A DNA stretch of 64,000 nt from a virus (taxonomy: Duplodnaviria > Caudoviricetes): the IMG/VR virus record IMGVR_UViG_2718218393_000006, positions 32,001 through 96,000 of that record; one strand, given 5' to 3'. The number at the start of each line of letters is the position of its first letter. Position 1 is the stretch's first letter. Under the pieces are notes generated by a model, which had not been told where the DNA came from, made no database searches, and saw only the letters and a list, made by a program, of their open reading frames with translations. The translations under genes were made by a program, and so were the position numbers. Positions 38,297 to 48,052 of the stretch are shown piece by piece.

Positions 38297-39460
38297 TTAG
38301 CCTGCGATGCGAACGCCCAATTCGGGGCGGACAAGGCCAACGCCCCACAGCGAGTCGAACGCCAGGCGGGTACGATGGAACTCTTCGCGATAGGAGAGGC
38401 GCAGCGTCAGACCGGATACCGGGTCCGCCACCTGGAAGGTTTCATCCACCTCCTTAGTCAGGGACTCATTGCCAAGCTGACGGGAGGCAAACGCGAAAGC
38501 ATCGCGATGAAACGCCAGGTTCACAACGTGGGGAGCGGCCACCTGCACGACCTCGCCGCCGCTTTTCGGCACGCGCAGCGCCGGGGCGGTGTTCACCGTA
38601 ACGGTGGACGAACCGCCGGCGGACACCGGCGACAAGACGACATAGGTCTGCTTGTCGCCCGCGTAGGTCAGGATGTCACCCTGGACCAAATTGATGGCTG
38701 CGCCGGCAGCGGTCGCCAGCGTGATAACGCCGGTCGCGCCGCCATCCATCGAGCCATTGCCAGGTTGTTGTGCGCCGCTGACGGTCACAGTGCCAGTGAT
38801 CGAGCCGGCGTTGTGGGTCGGGATCTGCTGATCCATCGCCCAATCGAAACCCAGCTTGCGACCGATGATGCCTTCGCGGATCACGCCATCGTCGGCTGCG
38901 GCCATGGCGTTGGTGAACTGCGGCAGACCCAGCGCATTCGCTTCGCCATCCGGCGACAGCACGATGCGGCGGTTTTGCGTCGGAGCCTTCTGGATACCCA
39001 GCACCTTGCGCGCCTGGGTCGAGGCGGACAAGTCGGAGGCAAACGGGGTCGTGCCCGGCGTGCCAACGAAGCCATAGACGCCCTTGTAGCAGTTCAGGAT
39101 CGAGGCGTTGATCGTGGTGGCCAGCGACTCGATGGCGCTGGACAGTTGGATCGGTACGACGCCATCGACGATCTGCGCCAGCTCTTTCTCGGTCAGGTAG
39201 AAAGGCGCTTCCTTCCAGTTGTTCAGCGGGATGCTGACCTTGCCCGGCGAGACCCCTTGCGGATCGGGCGCCACCGGGCCCGGCACGACGTCTTGTACCG
39301 GCACCATGGACGGCACTGGCACCTGAATGGTGTCGCCCTTCTCCTTCACTTCCGTGCCGAAGTCACTGTTCACCAGCGACGGCATCACGCAGTTGGAGCG
39401 CAGAGCCTTCAGACCCTGGGCGAAAATGGTCGGGACGAGTCCCTGCAAATTGTTCGGCAT
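38297..39460 (-). CDS. Major capsid protein (P22 coat-like)
   Basis: KGDTIQVPVP, NLAFHRDAFAFASR, FDSLWGVGLVRPE. Confidence 0.88.
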   Translation of the reverse strand: MPNNLQGLVPTIFAQGLKALRSNCVMPSLVNSDFGTEVKEKGDTIQVPVPSMVPVQDVVPGPVAPDPQGVSPGKVSIPLNNWKEAPFYLTEKELAQIVDGVVPIQLSSAIESLATTINASILNCYKGVYGFVGTPGTTPFASDLSASTQARKVLGIQKAPTQNRRIVLSPDGEANALGLPQFTNAMAAADDGVIREGIIGRKLGFDWAMDQQIPTHNAGSITGTVTVSGAQQPGNGSMDGGATGVITLATAAGAAINLVQGDILTYAGDKQTYVVLSPVSAGGSSTVTVNTAPALRVPKSGGEVVQVAAPHVVNLAFHRDAFAFASRQLGNESLTKEVDETFQVADPVSGLTLRLSYREEFHRTRLAFDSLWGVGLVRPELGVRIAG

Positions 39461-39570
39461 TGATTACTCCAGCGGTTATGGACTGCCAGCCCCGCTGGCA
39501 TTCGATCTGCGCGGTTTGCGCAAAAGAAAAAGGCCCGCCGGGTGACAGGCCTGATTTGGTTGAAACTTGT

Positions 39571-40308
39571 TTAGACGACCTTGGTCTTGCCGGAGGCGAT
39601 GGCGTCGAGGTTGGCCAGGAAGCCGGCCGAATCGTTGCGGGCCACTTTGCCGGCGCCGACGTTGACGGCTTGGCTGCCAGCCTTCGGCGCGCCAGTGCCG
39701 CTCGACGGCTCAAACAGATGAGGCGCGGACTCGGTCAGGCCGGAGACCCATTCGGAGATTCCCAGCGGCGAGCCATCTTTGCCGAATTGCGGCGCATCGC
39801 CATTCATGGCGGTGGCCTTACCCTCCACCAAGCGGAACATTGCACGACCGCGCAGCATTACGTCGTCGACGGCGGTCGAGCGTACGCCGGTCTTCGCAGC
39901 CGCATCGCGGATGGCGCTATCGATCAGCAACCCTTCCAACTGGCCCGAGAGCTTAGTTTTTTCGTCGCCGGCCGCCTTGATCTGCTTTTCGAAGTCGGCC
40001 TTCATGGCGGCAGTTCGCTCGGACAGCAGTTGCTCGAACTGGCCCGCGTCGATCAGCTTCTTGTCGCGCTCTTTCTGGTCGCGGTCCAGCAGTTCGCGGT
40101 ACTTGTCGATGTCGACATCCTTGAACTTGGCGTCTCGCTCTTCCAGTTGACGCTTCAGATTGACGTTGTTGTCGCGGAATTCATCCAGCTTGTCCTTGCC
40201 TACCATGCCCTCCACCGACAGGACGAACTCGCCGCTCTGCTCGGTGTAAAAGCTTTGCAGTGCCTCCGGCACTTCGGACAGGGACTTAATGCGGGCTTTG
40301 AGACTCAT
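39571..40308 (-). CDS. Capsid scaffolding protein
   Basis: Charged coiled coil, APHLFEPSSGTG; upstream of capsid. Confidence 0.78.
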   Translation of the reverse strand: MSLKARIKSLSEVPEALQSFYTEQSGEFVLSVEGMVGKDKLDEFRDNNVNLKRQLEERDAKFKDVDIDKYRELLDRDQKERDKKLIDAGQFEQLLSERTAAMKADFEKQIKAAGDEKTKLSGQLEGLLIDSAIRDAAAKTGVRSTAVDDVMLRGRAMFRLVEGKATAMNGDAPQFGKDGSPLGISEWVSGLTESAPHLFEPSSGTGAPKAGSQAVNVGAGKVARNDSAGFLANLDAIASGKTKVV

Positions 40309-40385
40309 TTGCTTTGACCTCCCAGGTCAGAAAAGAAAAAAGCCCCATCCACCGGATGAGGCTTGAGATTGAGGTAATGCGTTGC

Positions 40386-40646
40386 TTACGCGGCCAGCTC
40401 GTATTTGGCGTTGAACGCAGCCGCAGGGATGGCGGAGACGCCCCGCTCATCGTTGACGATGAAGTCGCCGGGGTTGATCACCACGGTGCCGCCGTGGGTT
40501 TGCAGCAACCCGCGCCCGGCCATATTGCGCAGGGCGTAAACGTGCTTGATTTCATGGGCAAGCGGATTGCGCACAGCCGGGTGGTCGCCGGCGGCATTCC
40601 ATTGCACCGCATCCACAATGGCTGATTTCAGCCTGTACTTAGCCAT
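40386..40646 (-). CDS. Phage hypothetical protein
   Basis: VDAVQW...PGDFIV...FNAKYE, a common phage small family. Confidence 0.65.
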   Translation of the reverse strand: MAKYRLKSAIVDAVQWNAAGDHPAVRNPLAHEIKHVYALRNMAGRGLLQTHGGTVVINPGDFIVNDERGVSAIPAAAFNAKYELAA

Positions 40647-41610
40647 ATCGGCTCCTCATTTCGTCGAGAGTAATCGGATTGCCTCGCTGGTCCAGCGCAT
40701 CGGCCGGACTGAGAGCGCCGCGACGCCACATGTCGTATCGGCCACGCAGGATGTCGCGCTGCCTGGCTTCGGGCCTGCTGTTTAGCCAATCTTCGAAAGT
40801 GATATCTGATGGCATCACGCCATTCACCAGCGGCAGGATGATGGACCTGCAGCCCCAGTGCCGCGGCGTGCCACCATCGAAAGGTAGTTGATTGCCCAAG
40901 ATCGGCGCGCCGTCCAGATCCCAGGTGGCGCCGTTGTAGCGCCGGCAGATGGCTGTCGTTCTGCTGTCCATCACGCTGACTTGCACCAGGCCGTTGATGG
41001 TATCGGCGTTGCTGCGGTAAACCGCCATCGCCGAGGATGCCGCCACTTCCTGGACAAACGACCTGATCAGCGCATCTGCGTTTGCCTCTGCCGACACCTG
41101 GATCCCGCGAAGCGCCGCGATCACGTCATCAAGGCTCATGCTTCTGGCGATGGCGTTTTGCAGTGCAAGCCGCGCGCGCCACAGCAAATCCTGAGCTTGG
41201 CGCTCGTACCACGTTTTGAGCGTCGCTCCGAAAAGCATCAGGTCGGCCACGTCAAACGGCGGCTTACGCCGGCGCCGGTCATCCTGCTGATCGCCCAGCG
41301 CCCGGCCGAGTGCCTGATCCATGGCGGCCGTCTGGATATCGGCCAGATCGCCGGAGTCGATCAGCGCCTCATCCGCCATGGCAGCATATGCTTCGCGCAC
41401 CTGGCTACCCATGTCACCAAGCAGCGCTTCAAGTCGCCGCTGGCGCGCGTAGAGCATCGTCACCGCCCAGGGATTACGCATCAGGACTAGGGCGACGATG
41501 GTCTCGATGATCTGCTTGACCCTATCCCGCCGCTCGCGCGCCGTCTCGGCTTCATAGCGGATGACGTCCATCTGGTTGTCGAGGATGTCATCCCTGAGGC
41601 GGTCTATCAT
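40639..41610 (-). CDS. Head morphogenesis protein (Mu gpF-like)
   Basis: MDSRTTAICR, PRHWGCRS. Confidence 0.82.
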   Translation of the reverse strand: MIDRLRDDILDNQMDVIRYEAETARERRDRVKQIIETIVALVLMRNPWAVTMLYARQRRLEALLGDMGSQVREAYAAMADEALIDSGDLADIQTAAMDQALGRALGDQQDDRRRRKPPFDVADLMLFGATLKTWYERQAQDLLWRARLALQNAIARSMSLDDVIAALRGIQVSAEANADALIRSFVQEVAASSAMAVYRSNADTINGLVQVSVMDSRTTAICRRYNGATWDLDGAPILGNQLPFDGGTPRHWGCRSIILPLVNGVMPSDITFEDWLNSRPEARQRDILRGRYDMWRRGALSPADALDQRGNPITLDEMRSRYG

Positions 41611-42946
41611 TTGTGGTCACCATGGGTGGGACAGCGCCGGCGGCGCGGATCAGCTCCTTCTCGTCGTCGATAGTGCGATCCGGCGGCAGCATCTCAGCCT
41701 CTTGCATGTTGAAGATGAACGTGTCGAGGGACATCGAGCCGGCTTGGTAAGCCTGCACCAGGCCTTGAAGCTGCTGCGGGCCGAGCTGGGTATCCACAAA
41801 ATCGCGATTGATGGTGATTTTGATGTCGCCTGAGACGCCCATCCAGTCGGCCGCACACTGCAGGACGGCGACGATGACACTTTCAGTCGCCGTTACCGTC
41901 CCCATCAGCAGCGAAGTCTCGCCACTGGTGCGGATGCGCGCCGTCTCAGCTGCCTCAACGCCGCGGCGCTGGTCGGCGAACACGGCAGCGCCAAGCACCG
42001 CCATCATGTGTTCCTTGCTTTCGAGCGCCTTCTCCAGGCTACCTAGGCCGGTGCCGTGAAACTCGGCATACTCCACGCGGCCCTGCGGATTGGGGATTTT
42101 CAGCAGCGTCGCCGACCCGATCATGATCGGCTGCTCGTTGTCATCAAGACCAGACACCCACAGCGTCGGCAGCCCGGTGAAGTGCCGTCCGTGCTCAAGG
42201 TCGGCGCTGCTGCGGTAATGCGACAGCGCGACGTTGGCCAGGCCCAGCAAGGGCGGCTTGCTGATGGCCTGCGTCCCCCCTTGCGGAGACAGCCAGAAGA
42301 ACGGGATGCTGCTGAGCGCCGCGCCGCGCTTGGTCGGCGTCAGTTCCTCGACAATGGCCCACTCGCCGCGCCCGGTGGCGTCGGCCTTCTGCCGCCAGAT
42401 ACGAGCCTTGTACGTCGAGCCATCGAGCATCAGCTCGCGACACTGGGTCACTTCATTTTGCTTGTACGGGTCTTTCGGATCGGGGATGCATACCGACTCA
42501 GTCAGCACCAGCCAATTCGCGCCCCAGTTGATGATGTTCTCGGCGCGGTAGATCCGCAGATAGGCGCGAGCGCCATCGTGGTCCACTAGGATGCCAAGCC
42601 GGCCTTCGAGCAGGTTTTCACTGCACAAGTTCTTGATGAACTCCTGCAGGTTCACGCCATCGGCAGTTGCATCTTGCCCCAGCGCAGCCAGACCATCTGG
42701 CAGCTCGATGATGGTCGGCTTCCTGGCGATGGCGCCGACGAAACCGTCCACCGAACGGCCCATGGCCTCGTAATACAGAGCGCGCAGCTTATAAGCCTCG
42801 TACTCCTCGCCGGTCTGGCCGCCCAGCTTCGGCAAATATTTGGTGTTCGCGGCCTTGACTGCGTCCTCGCCGTCGTAGGCGTCCCGGCACCGCTGCCACT
42901 TGTCGATGTTGGCATCGTAATCGGGATGCGTGCTGTTGATCGGCAT
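41588..42946 (-). CDS. Portal protein (DUF4055-like)
   Basis: YLPKL, NVALSHYRSSAD; follows TerL. Confidence 0.82.
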   Translation of the reverse strand: MPINSTHPDYDANIDKWQRCRDAYDGEDAVKAANTKYLPKLGGQTGEEYEAYKLRALYYEAMGRSVDGFVGAIARKPTIIELPDGLAALGQDATADGVNLQEFIKNLCSENLLEGRLGILVDHDGARAYLRIYRAENIINWGANWLVLTESVCIPDPKDPYKQNEVTQCRELMLDGSTYKARIWRQKADATGRGEWAIVEELTPTKRGAALSSIPFFWLSPQGGTQAISKPPLLGLANVALSHYRSSADLEHGRHFTGLPTLWVSGLDDNEQPIMIGSATLLKIPNPQGRVEYAEFHGTGLGSLEKALESKEHMMAVLGAAVFADQRRGVEAAETARIRTSGETSLLMGTVTATESVIVAVLQCAADWMGVSGDIKITINRDFVDTQLGPQQLQGLVQAYQAGSMSLDTFIFNMQEAEMLPPDRTIDDEKELIRAAGAVPPMVTTNDRPPQG

Positions 42947-42948
42947 GG

Positions 42949-44226
42949 TTAATATCCAGTTGGTTTGCTCACCGTCGCAGTTCGCTTGGCGATAGGCCAC
43001 AGTCTGACGATGGGATAGGTCCCGGCATCGTTCACGTGGTCGACGCCGCTCTTCTTGTCCGGCTCGCCGTTGGCGTCATACGCCTGCTGCTCCAGTCCCT
43101 CGGTGAATTTGGGGCAGCGGCGAGTGTTCACCTTCAGGCGCCGCTCGCCGTTCGCATTCAGCAGCATGGCGTTCGTCGACAACACCCGGTCTTTCACGGC
43201 AGGGTTGGCAGATCCGACGCTGATCGTGAAGCCGGCCTGCCGCAGGATGGTCAAGTCGGACTGACTGGCGCTTTTGCTGCTCGTGTTCTGCCCGCTGGCG
43301 TCCGGATAAACCGTGATCGAGTGGTTTTTCGACTTCCAGCGCTCAACGATCATTCGCGCCATCTCCGGCGTGTCCCGCACATCCACCAGCTCGTCAACGG
43401 CAATCGGATTGCCATCGCGGATCACATAAACCACCGCGGCCATCTTCAGCACGTTGAAGTCCATGCCGACGTGCAGCGGCTCATAGGGCTGCATCTCGGC
43501 GTCGGAGTGATTGAGCTTCCGGTCAAAACAGGGGTAGACGCTGCCGCTTGCCAAGTTGCAGAACTGCCCTTTCAGATAGGCGTCAATCAGCTGCGGCGGG
43601 TAGGTCAGGAACAGCGAGTCGATGTAGTCGTCCGGCAGGTTCGCCTCGTTGTCGTAGGTCGACGCCTGGATCAGCCCATACAGCGCGGACAGCCCTGGCT
43701 TGGCGGCGACCTGCTTCACGAACTGCTCGTAGACGAACTTGAAGCCCTCCGGCGTCGTGGTGACGTCTACGCCATTCTTGAGGTTGTCCACCTTGTAGCG
43801 CATCCGGGCAATGATCTTGCGCCAGGCCGCGCGCCCCTTCTCCGCCTTCATGACGTCCAGCTCGTCGCAGAGCGCTTTGCCGATCTTGAAGCCGATGATA
43901 GTCTCGGGCTTCTCCATCGACCTGCAGATGGTCGTGCCGCGGTACTTGCGCCCCTCGTAGACGTGGACTTCCTTGTTCGACTCGTTGATTTTAACCTTTA
44001 GGCCCCAATCGAACGCCACCTCCTCCACAGTTGGGTAGAAGATGTCGCGGATCTGGGCATAGGTCGGGGCGAAATACCCGGCGTTGATCAGCGGGTACTG
44101 CCAGAAGTGCTGCATCAGGCCGCCGCAGCCCACCCAGGTCTTGCCGGAACCGAAGCCGGCGACGTAGGCGCGGAACTTGTGATCCATGGCCAGGAAACGC
44201 GATTGCGGGACGTTGAGGCTAGGCAT
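42949..44226 (-). CDS. Terminase large subunit
   Basis: AGFGSGKT, CDELD, GMDFN, DHVNDA. Confidence 0.92.
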   Translation of the reverse strand: MPSLNVPQSRFLAMDHKFRAYVAGFGSGKTWVGCGGLMQHFWQYPLINAGYFAPTYAQIRDIFYPTVEEVAFDWGLKVKINESNKEVHVYEGRKYRGTTICRSMEKPETIIGFKIGKALCDELDVMKAEKGRAAWRKIIARMRYKVDNLKNGVDVTTTPEGFKFVYEQFVKQVAAKPGLSALYGLIQASTYDNEANLPDDYIDSLFLTYPPQLIDAYLKGQFCNLASGSVYPCFDRKLNHSDAEMQPYEPLHVGMDFNVLKMAAVVYVIRDGNPIAVDELVDVRDTPEMARMIVERWKSKNHSITVYPDASGQNTSSKSASQSDLTILRQAGFTISVGSANPAVKDRVLSTNAMLLNANGERRLKVNTRRCPKFTEGLEQQAYDANGEPDKKSGVDHVNDAGTYPIVRLWPIAKRTATVSKPTGY

Positions 44227-45007
44227 CGTCGCCCCGCTTTCTGGCGTCCTTCACCTCAACCACGATTTGGACTGGCGTCGGCTTATCGTCATCGCCATCG
44301 TCCAGGTCGCGGCGAATCTTGTCTGTCGCGGCTTGCTTTGCCGCTAGCTCCGCACGGTGCATCTCCTCGGCCCTGCGCATTGCTGCAGCGTCGCGGAATA
44401 AACCGATGTGCTCGGCCACCTTGTTCAGTGCAGCCAGCTGGTCGTGCATCTTTAGCTCCAGGCCGTCTTTGCCCTGCTTCACGCCCGCATAGAGCAGCCT
44501 GGCGGCGCCCTTCACTCGGCGCGTGTCGGTGACGAATATCTTGCCGCGACCTTCGCCGGCGCATTCGGGGCATTCCGGGTGAGGATCACGGGTGGCGATG
44601 AATCCAAAGCCGCCAGCGATATCCGGCTGGTCGTCGCCCTTCTCTTTCGCCTCACGCTGGGCCTGTTCGAACTCTGCCTCGGTCCATTGGTACTGGTGGC
44701 CGGCGCCCCAGCAGTGCCGGCAGTTGTCGCGACGGTATTGCACCAGATCGTTCGGGTCGGCGGTAGCGATTTGCCAGAGGCGATCCAGCACTTTGTCGGC
44801 GGTGATCTCGGTCCGATAGGAGCGTGCTTGCATCGCCTCTTCGATAGCGCGCGCCACCCTATCATTTCTTATCAGCCTTGCCGCATTCGATTCTGCTGCC
44901 GGCCCCTTCGACTTATAACCGGCCCGCAGGTACGCGGCAGTTGCGTTCAGATCCTTGAGGTACTCCAGGACAAACAACTTCTGCTGCTTGGATATCTCTT
45001 TTGCCAT
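44219..45007 (-). CDS. Terminase small subunit
   Basis: FVLEYLKDLNATAAYLRAGY; CRHC/CPEC zinc motif. Confidence 0.9.
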   Translation of the reverse strand: MAKEISKQQKLFVLEYLKDLNATAAYLRAGYKSKGPAAESNAARLIRNDRVARAIEEAMQARSYRTEITADKVLDRLWQIATADPNDLVQYRRDNCRHCWGAGHQYQWTEAEFEQAQREAKEKGDDQPDIAGGFGFIATRDPHPECPECAGEGRGKIFVTDTRRVKGAARLLYAGVKQGKDGLELKMHDQLAALNKVAEHIGLFRDAAAMRRAEEMHRAELAAKQAATDKIRRDLDDGDDDKPTPVQIVVEVKDARKRGDDA

Positions 45008-45154
45008 GAGGCTCTCGCCTCCTCGGCGTTGTTGTTGCCCAGATCACCTCCTGTCGAGGTGGCTGGGCGGAGATTGGTCTGTCCTGCTGGACGGGTACGG
45101 ATTCGGTGGTATGCGGCAAATGCTAGGCTCTCGCTATCGACTGGGAGCCCTGTC

Positions 45155-45382
45155 ATGGAACCGATCAACGTCTGGCCGTTTATCTCCCCGCTCATCCGCG
45201 TCGCCGCGCTGCTGCTGATGGCGCTGATCGTCGGCATGTTCGCTGCTGCCTACGTCAACCACAGGATGCTGCTGATGGACTATCCGTATCAGCAGCGGCG
45301 GAAATGGCGCACGCTGGCTTTCGAGGCGTGCTCCGTGGCCATTGTGGCGCTGGGCTCTCTCATGTTGTTCCTGCCGGCATGA
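45155..45382 (+). CDS. Small two-TM membrane protein
   Basis: GGAG RBS; hydrophobic 75 aa. Confidence 0.55.
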   Translation: MEPINVWPFISPLIRVAALLLMALIVGMFAAAYVNHRMLLMDYPYQQRRKWRTLAFEACSVAIVALGSLMLFLPA

Positions 45383-45524
45383 TTGGTTACTCCCAGGCCA
45401 TCAGCACGCGATGGACTTCACGCAGATGGCAAAGGTCGGGGGATGCCATCAAATATCCAGCATGCATTATCAGTGCATAGCGGTTAAACTACACCTTCTG
45501 CGACTAGAGCGATTGGGCCGAAGA

Positions 45525-45740
45525 ATGAAGTGGATTTATTTTGTTTTCTTGATAGTCGGACTTACTGCTGCCTGGGGAGTATGGAAGAAGAACTTCGATC
45601 ATGGCATCACCGCGGCAGATTGCATGCAAAAAGGTCTCGAGCTGAGCTCAGATGGTTCATGCAAGGACAACAAGGCTGTAGCCAGTGATGCCAAGATGCA
45701 AAGCAGCAATCCAAAGGGGCAACCCAATAACGCCAAATAA
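45525..45740 (+). CDS. Small membrane-anchored protein
   Basis: MKWIYFVFLIVGL N-terminal TM. Confidence 0.5.
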   Translation: MKWIYFVFLIVGLTAAWGVWKKNFDHGITAADCMQKGLELSSDGSCKDNKAVASDAKMQSSNPKGQPNNAK

Positions 45741-45744
45741 AAAA

Positions 45745-45772
45745 CCCGAACTCTATACATAGTTCGGGCTGC
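45745..45772. terminator. Hairpin CCCGAACTCT-N6-AGTTCGGGCTGC, copy 1
   Basis: Inverted repeat with adjacent A-tract; repeated at 46781. Confidence 0.65.
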
Positions 45773-45791
45773 AATATCTATTCGTCAAAAT

Positions 45792-46637
45792 CTAATTGGA
45801 AGGATTCTGTATTGCCCTCCCTGCCGTCCAATTAGACTGATCCAGTGGTTTGAGATACAGAGGATCGTAGTCATAGTTATCTACACTGACCCAAGCGTGG
45901 AAGTTACACTCCCACTTCCCAGATTCGGCATCGACGTGAGGGTCGGCACCTTCTGCAATTTGCATTCTTTCCGCTGGCAGAGCAACCGGATTTGTCGTCA
46001 TGAAAACTTTAACGTCAGCCCCGGGTTTTAATGTATTTGCAACAATTTGCACAAGTTGGGCGATGGTTTTGCAATCACCTTTAAGCATCCCATCTTGCTG
46101 GCAGGTTGATATGCCAGTAGAGGTGGAATTGTAATGAAATTGATTTGCAATTTGTCTTGATATTTCCTCTACCAATACTTTCCCTGGCATGTCTCTCGGT
46201 TTTTCAATATTTATTTTGCTACAAATTCTTTTCAGATCATCATTGAATTTTGCCGTGAGAAGGCTTGCAACACCCCGATTGGCTACACCCCTGCCATTAT
46301 CATTAGCAAAGGCGCGCCAGCTAGGAACGACTTCTTGACCATAAGCTTGCCTGGAATTCAACTCTTCGCTTAGCGCCGTGGAGAAATGCCCTGAGTGGGG
46401 CTGCACAAGACACCTAGTGAGTGGATTTTCGCGCTCCCAGTCACGCTTGACTACAATCTTCCCGTTTTCTGTTCGAATATTATATTGCTTGTCATTTATG
46501 GTCCATGACTTATCTCTTGTGTCAAGTCCATTTTTTATCTTTTCGAATGTCTCAGCAGAAAGCCCAACCTTTCCTTCGCCTCTATTCCAATCTATTGAAA
46601 TTGAGGAAGGTGCAGTACTGGATGATGATTGGATCAT
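45792..46637 (-). CDS. Candidate type III secretion effector with Cys-His-Asp (transglutaminase/papain-like) triad
   Basis: Ser-rich N-terminus; GDCKTIA, FHAWV, YDPLY; low GC; upstream MxiE/InvF-like box. Confidence 0.55.
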   Translation of the reverse strand: MIQSSSSTAPSSISIDWNRGEGKVGLSAETFEKIKNGLDTRDKSWTINDKQYNIRTENGKIVVKRDWERENPLTRCLVQPHSGHFSTALSEELNSRQAYGQEVVPSWRAFANDNGRGVANRGVASLLTAKFNDDLKRICSKINIEKPRDMPGKVLVEEISRQIANQFHYNSTSTGISTCQQDGMLKGDCKTIAQLVQIVANTLKPGADVKVFMTTNPVALPAERMQIAEGADPHVDAESGKWECNFHAWVSVDNYDYDPLYLKPLDQSNWTAGRAIQNPSN

Positions 46638-46720
46638 GATTTTTTCATCTCATTTATAAGGCCAAAATAAATTGCGACCTAGTGCATGAAATTACTTTTA
46701 TCATATGAGCCCAACAAAAG

Positions 46721-46738
46721 CTTTCAAAAAACGCTCAC
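46721..46738 (-). promoter_or_regulatory. MxiE/InvF-like box GTGAGCGTTTTTTGAAAG
   Basis: Resembles the MxiE box GTATCGTTTTTTTAnAG; AT-rich -10 candidates 16-21 bp downstream. Confidence 0.4.
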
Positions 46739-46780
46739 CCTAGAGAAGAGTTCACACTGCGGAAGGAAGCTTTAAAACAG

Positions 46781-46808
46781 CCCGAACTCTGGATGCAGTT
46801 CGGGCTGC
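46781..46808. terminator. Hairpin copy 2
   Basis: Same 22 conserved bases and spacing as 45745-45772. Confidence 0.65.
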
Positions 46809-46868
46809 TAAAATTTTCACAGTTGCATCAGACTGTCATGGCCAGCCACGCAACCTCAAAACCAAATC

Positions 46869-47258
46869 TTAATCAACCATCTTCACTTCACACTTATAGG
46901 TGTCTGAACCTACGGTGAACTGGCCATGGCCAGACCAGTCTGCATCGAGGGCAAAACTGGCGATAAATGGGGCAAGATAGGTGCCGATCGCTGGAGGTGG
47001 CACAGATACCGCGGCTTCGCCATGAACGGCGCCAACCTTGGTTATCTTTCCATAGCCAGTGCTATGCATTGCACCCGTGACAGGAGCGGTGAAGACCGGC
47101 GGGTGCTGCGTCCCCTCATGGATGACTCCAGCGGCTTGGCCATGCAATGCGCCGGAGGAGGCATTGACCGTTACTGCAAGCACCATGCGGCCTGCGCCAA
47201 CCATGCCACCTTCAGGGGTAAAGCTCAGCTTAAGCAAATACAGGCCTTCTTGTGCCAT
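46869..47258 (-). CDS. DUF1842-like protein; moron
   Basis: GLYLLKL...GAGRMVLAVTV...DWSGHGQF pattern; GGAG RBS. Confidence 0.6.
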   Translation of the reverse strand: MAQEGLYLLKLSFTPEGGMVGAGRMVLAVTVNASSGALHGQAAGVIHEGTQHPPVFTAPVTGAMHSTGYGKITKVGAVHGEAAVSVPPPAIGTYLAPFIASFALDADWSGHGQFTVGSDTYKCEVKMVD

Positions 47259-47334
47259 AAGAAAATCTCCAGTGGATATATCGCAGATGGAATGACGACC
47301 TATCGTCTCCCCAACATCGGCAGGATGCATACCC

Positions 47335-47378
47335 ACTCTAGGCGATGGCTCAGCTTATGGCCTTGCCCTTAAGGATAG
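47335..47378 (-). promoter_or_regulatory. Putative LuxR/CviR-activated promoter of the DUF1842-like gene
   Basis: CTATCCTTAAGGGCAA (8/10 to CTGNCCNNNNGGNCAG) centred at -42.5 relative to the -10 TAGAGT at 47340-47335. Confidence 0.5.
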
Positions 47379-47503
47379 GAACAAGACTATCGCAAACAAT
47401 TACAGAATCCACTCAGCGCCATGGCTCACCAGTTAGTATTTTGTCGGCGTGAAAATAGAAAAAGGCCGCGGTTGCGGCCTCCACAATTCCTCGAGATGAT
47501 CCC

Positions 47504-48001
47504 TTAGAAAATCTCCATGCAACCCTTCGGCTGCGGCTTCCCAATGCCAACCTGCATCAGCGGACTTTCGTAAATCCCCAAAGCTGCCATTTGCATCAGG
47601 GTTTCAATTGCTGACGGCGCTTTGAATTGATGGCGTGAAAAAGTCCCATGCGAATCACCCAGCCAACCATCTTTATTGATCCAGGCCTTATAAACAGACA
47701 CATCCTGATCATCGCCAGCGTGAACAAAGTCCAGCAGCAGAGCAATGTCGCCGATTTCACCGCCGTATGCAACCGTTTTAGTCCTAAGCTCCACCTGCCA
47801 CCCAAAAATCTCGAGCACGATCCCCGTTTCGGATGATTTGCGTTTCTTGACGATTCCGGAAATTCCCGATCCAGACATGGCCGTAAACCATGTCGTCAAG
47901 GCGTCCTCGAAAATTATCTTATAGCCAGTAAGTCGGTCACAAAGCTCTACCGATTCGTACTGGAGCTGGGTGGCTTTCCTCAATCTCTCTTGCATATTCA
48001 C
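47504..48001 (-). CDS. Hypothetical protein; moron
   Basis: 165 aa, GGAG RBS, downstream terminator about 47460-47481. Confidence 0.65.
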   Translation of the reverse strand: MNMQERLRKATQLQYESVELCDRLTGYKIIFEDALTTWFTAMSGSGISGIVKKRKSSETGIVLEIFGWQVELRTKTVAYGGEIGDIALLLDFVHAGDDQDVSVYKAWINKDGWLGDSHGTFSRHQFKAPSAIETLMQMAALGIYESPLMQVGIGKPQPKGCMEIF

Positions 48002-48052
48002 AATACTCCATAGTCATGGAGCAACATTATGCCATCCGGAAGACGCATTCAG

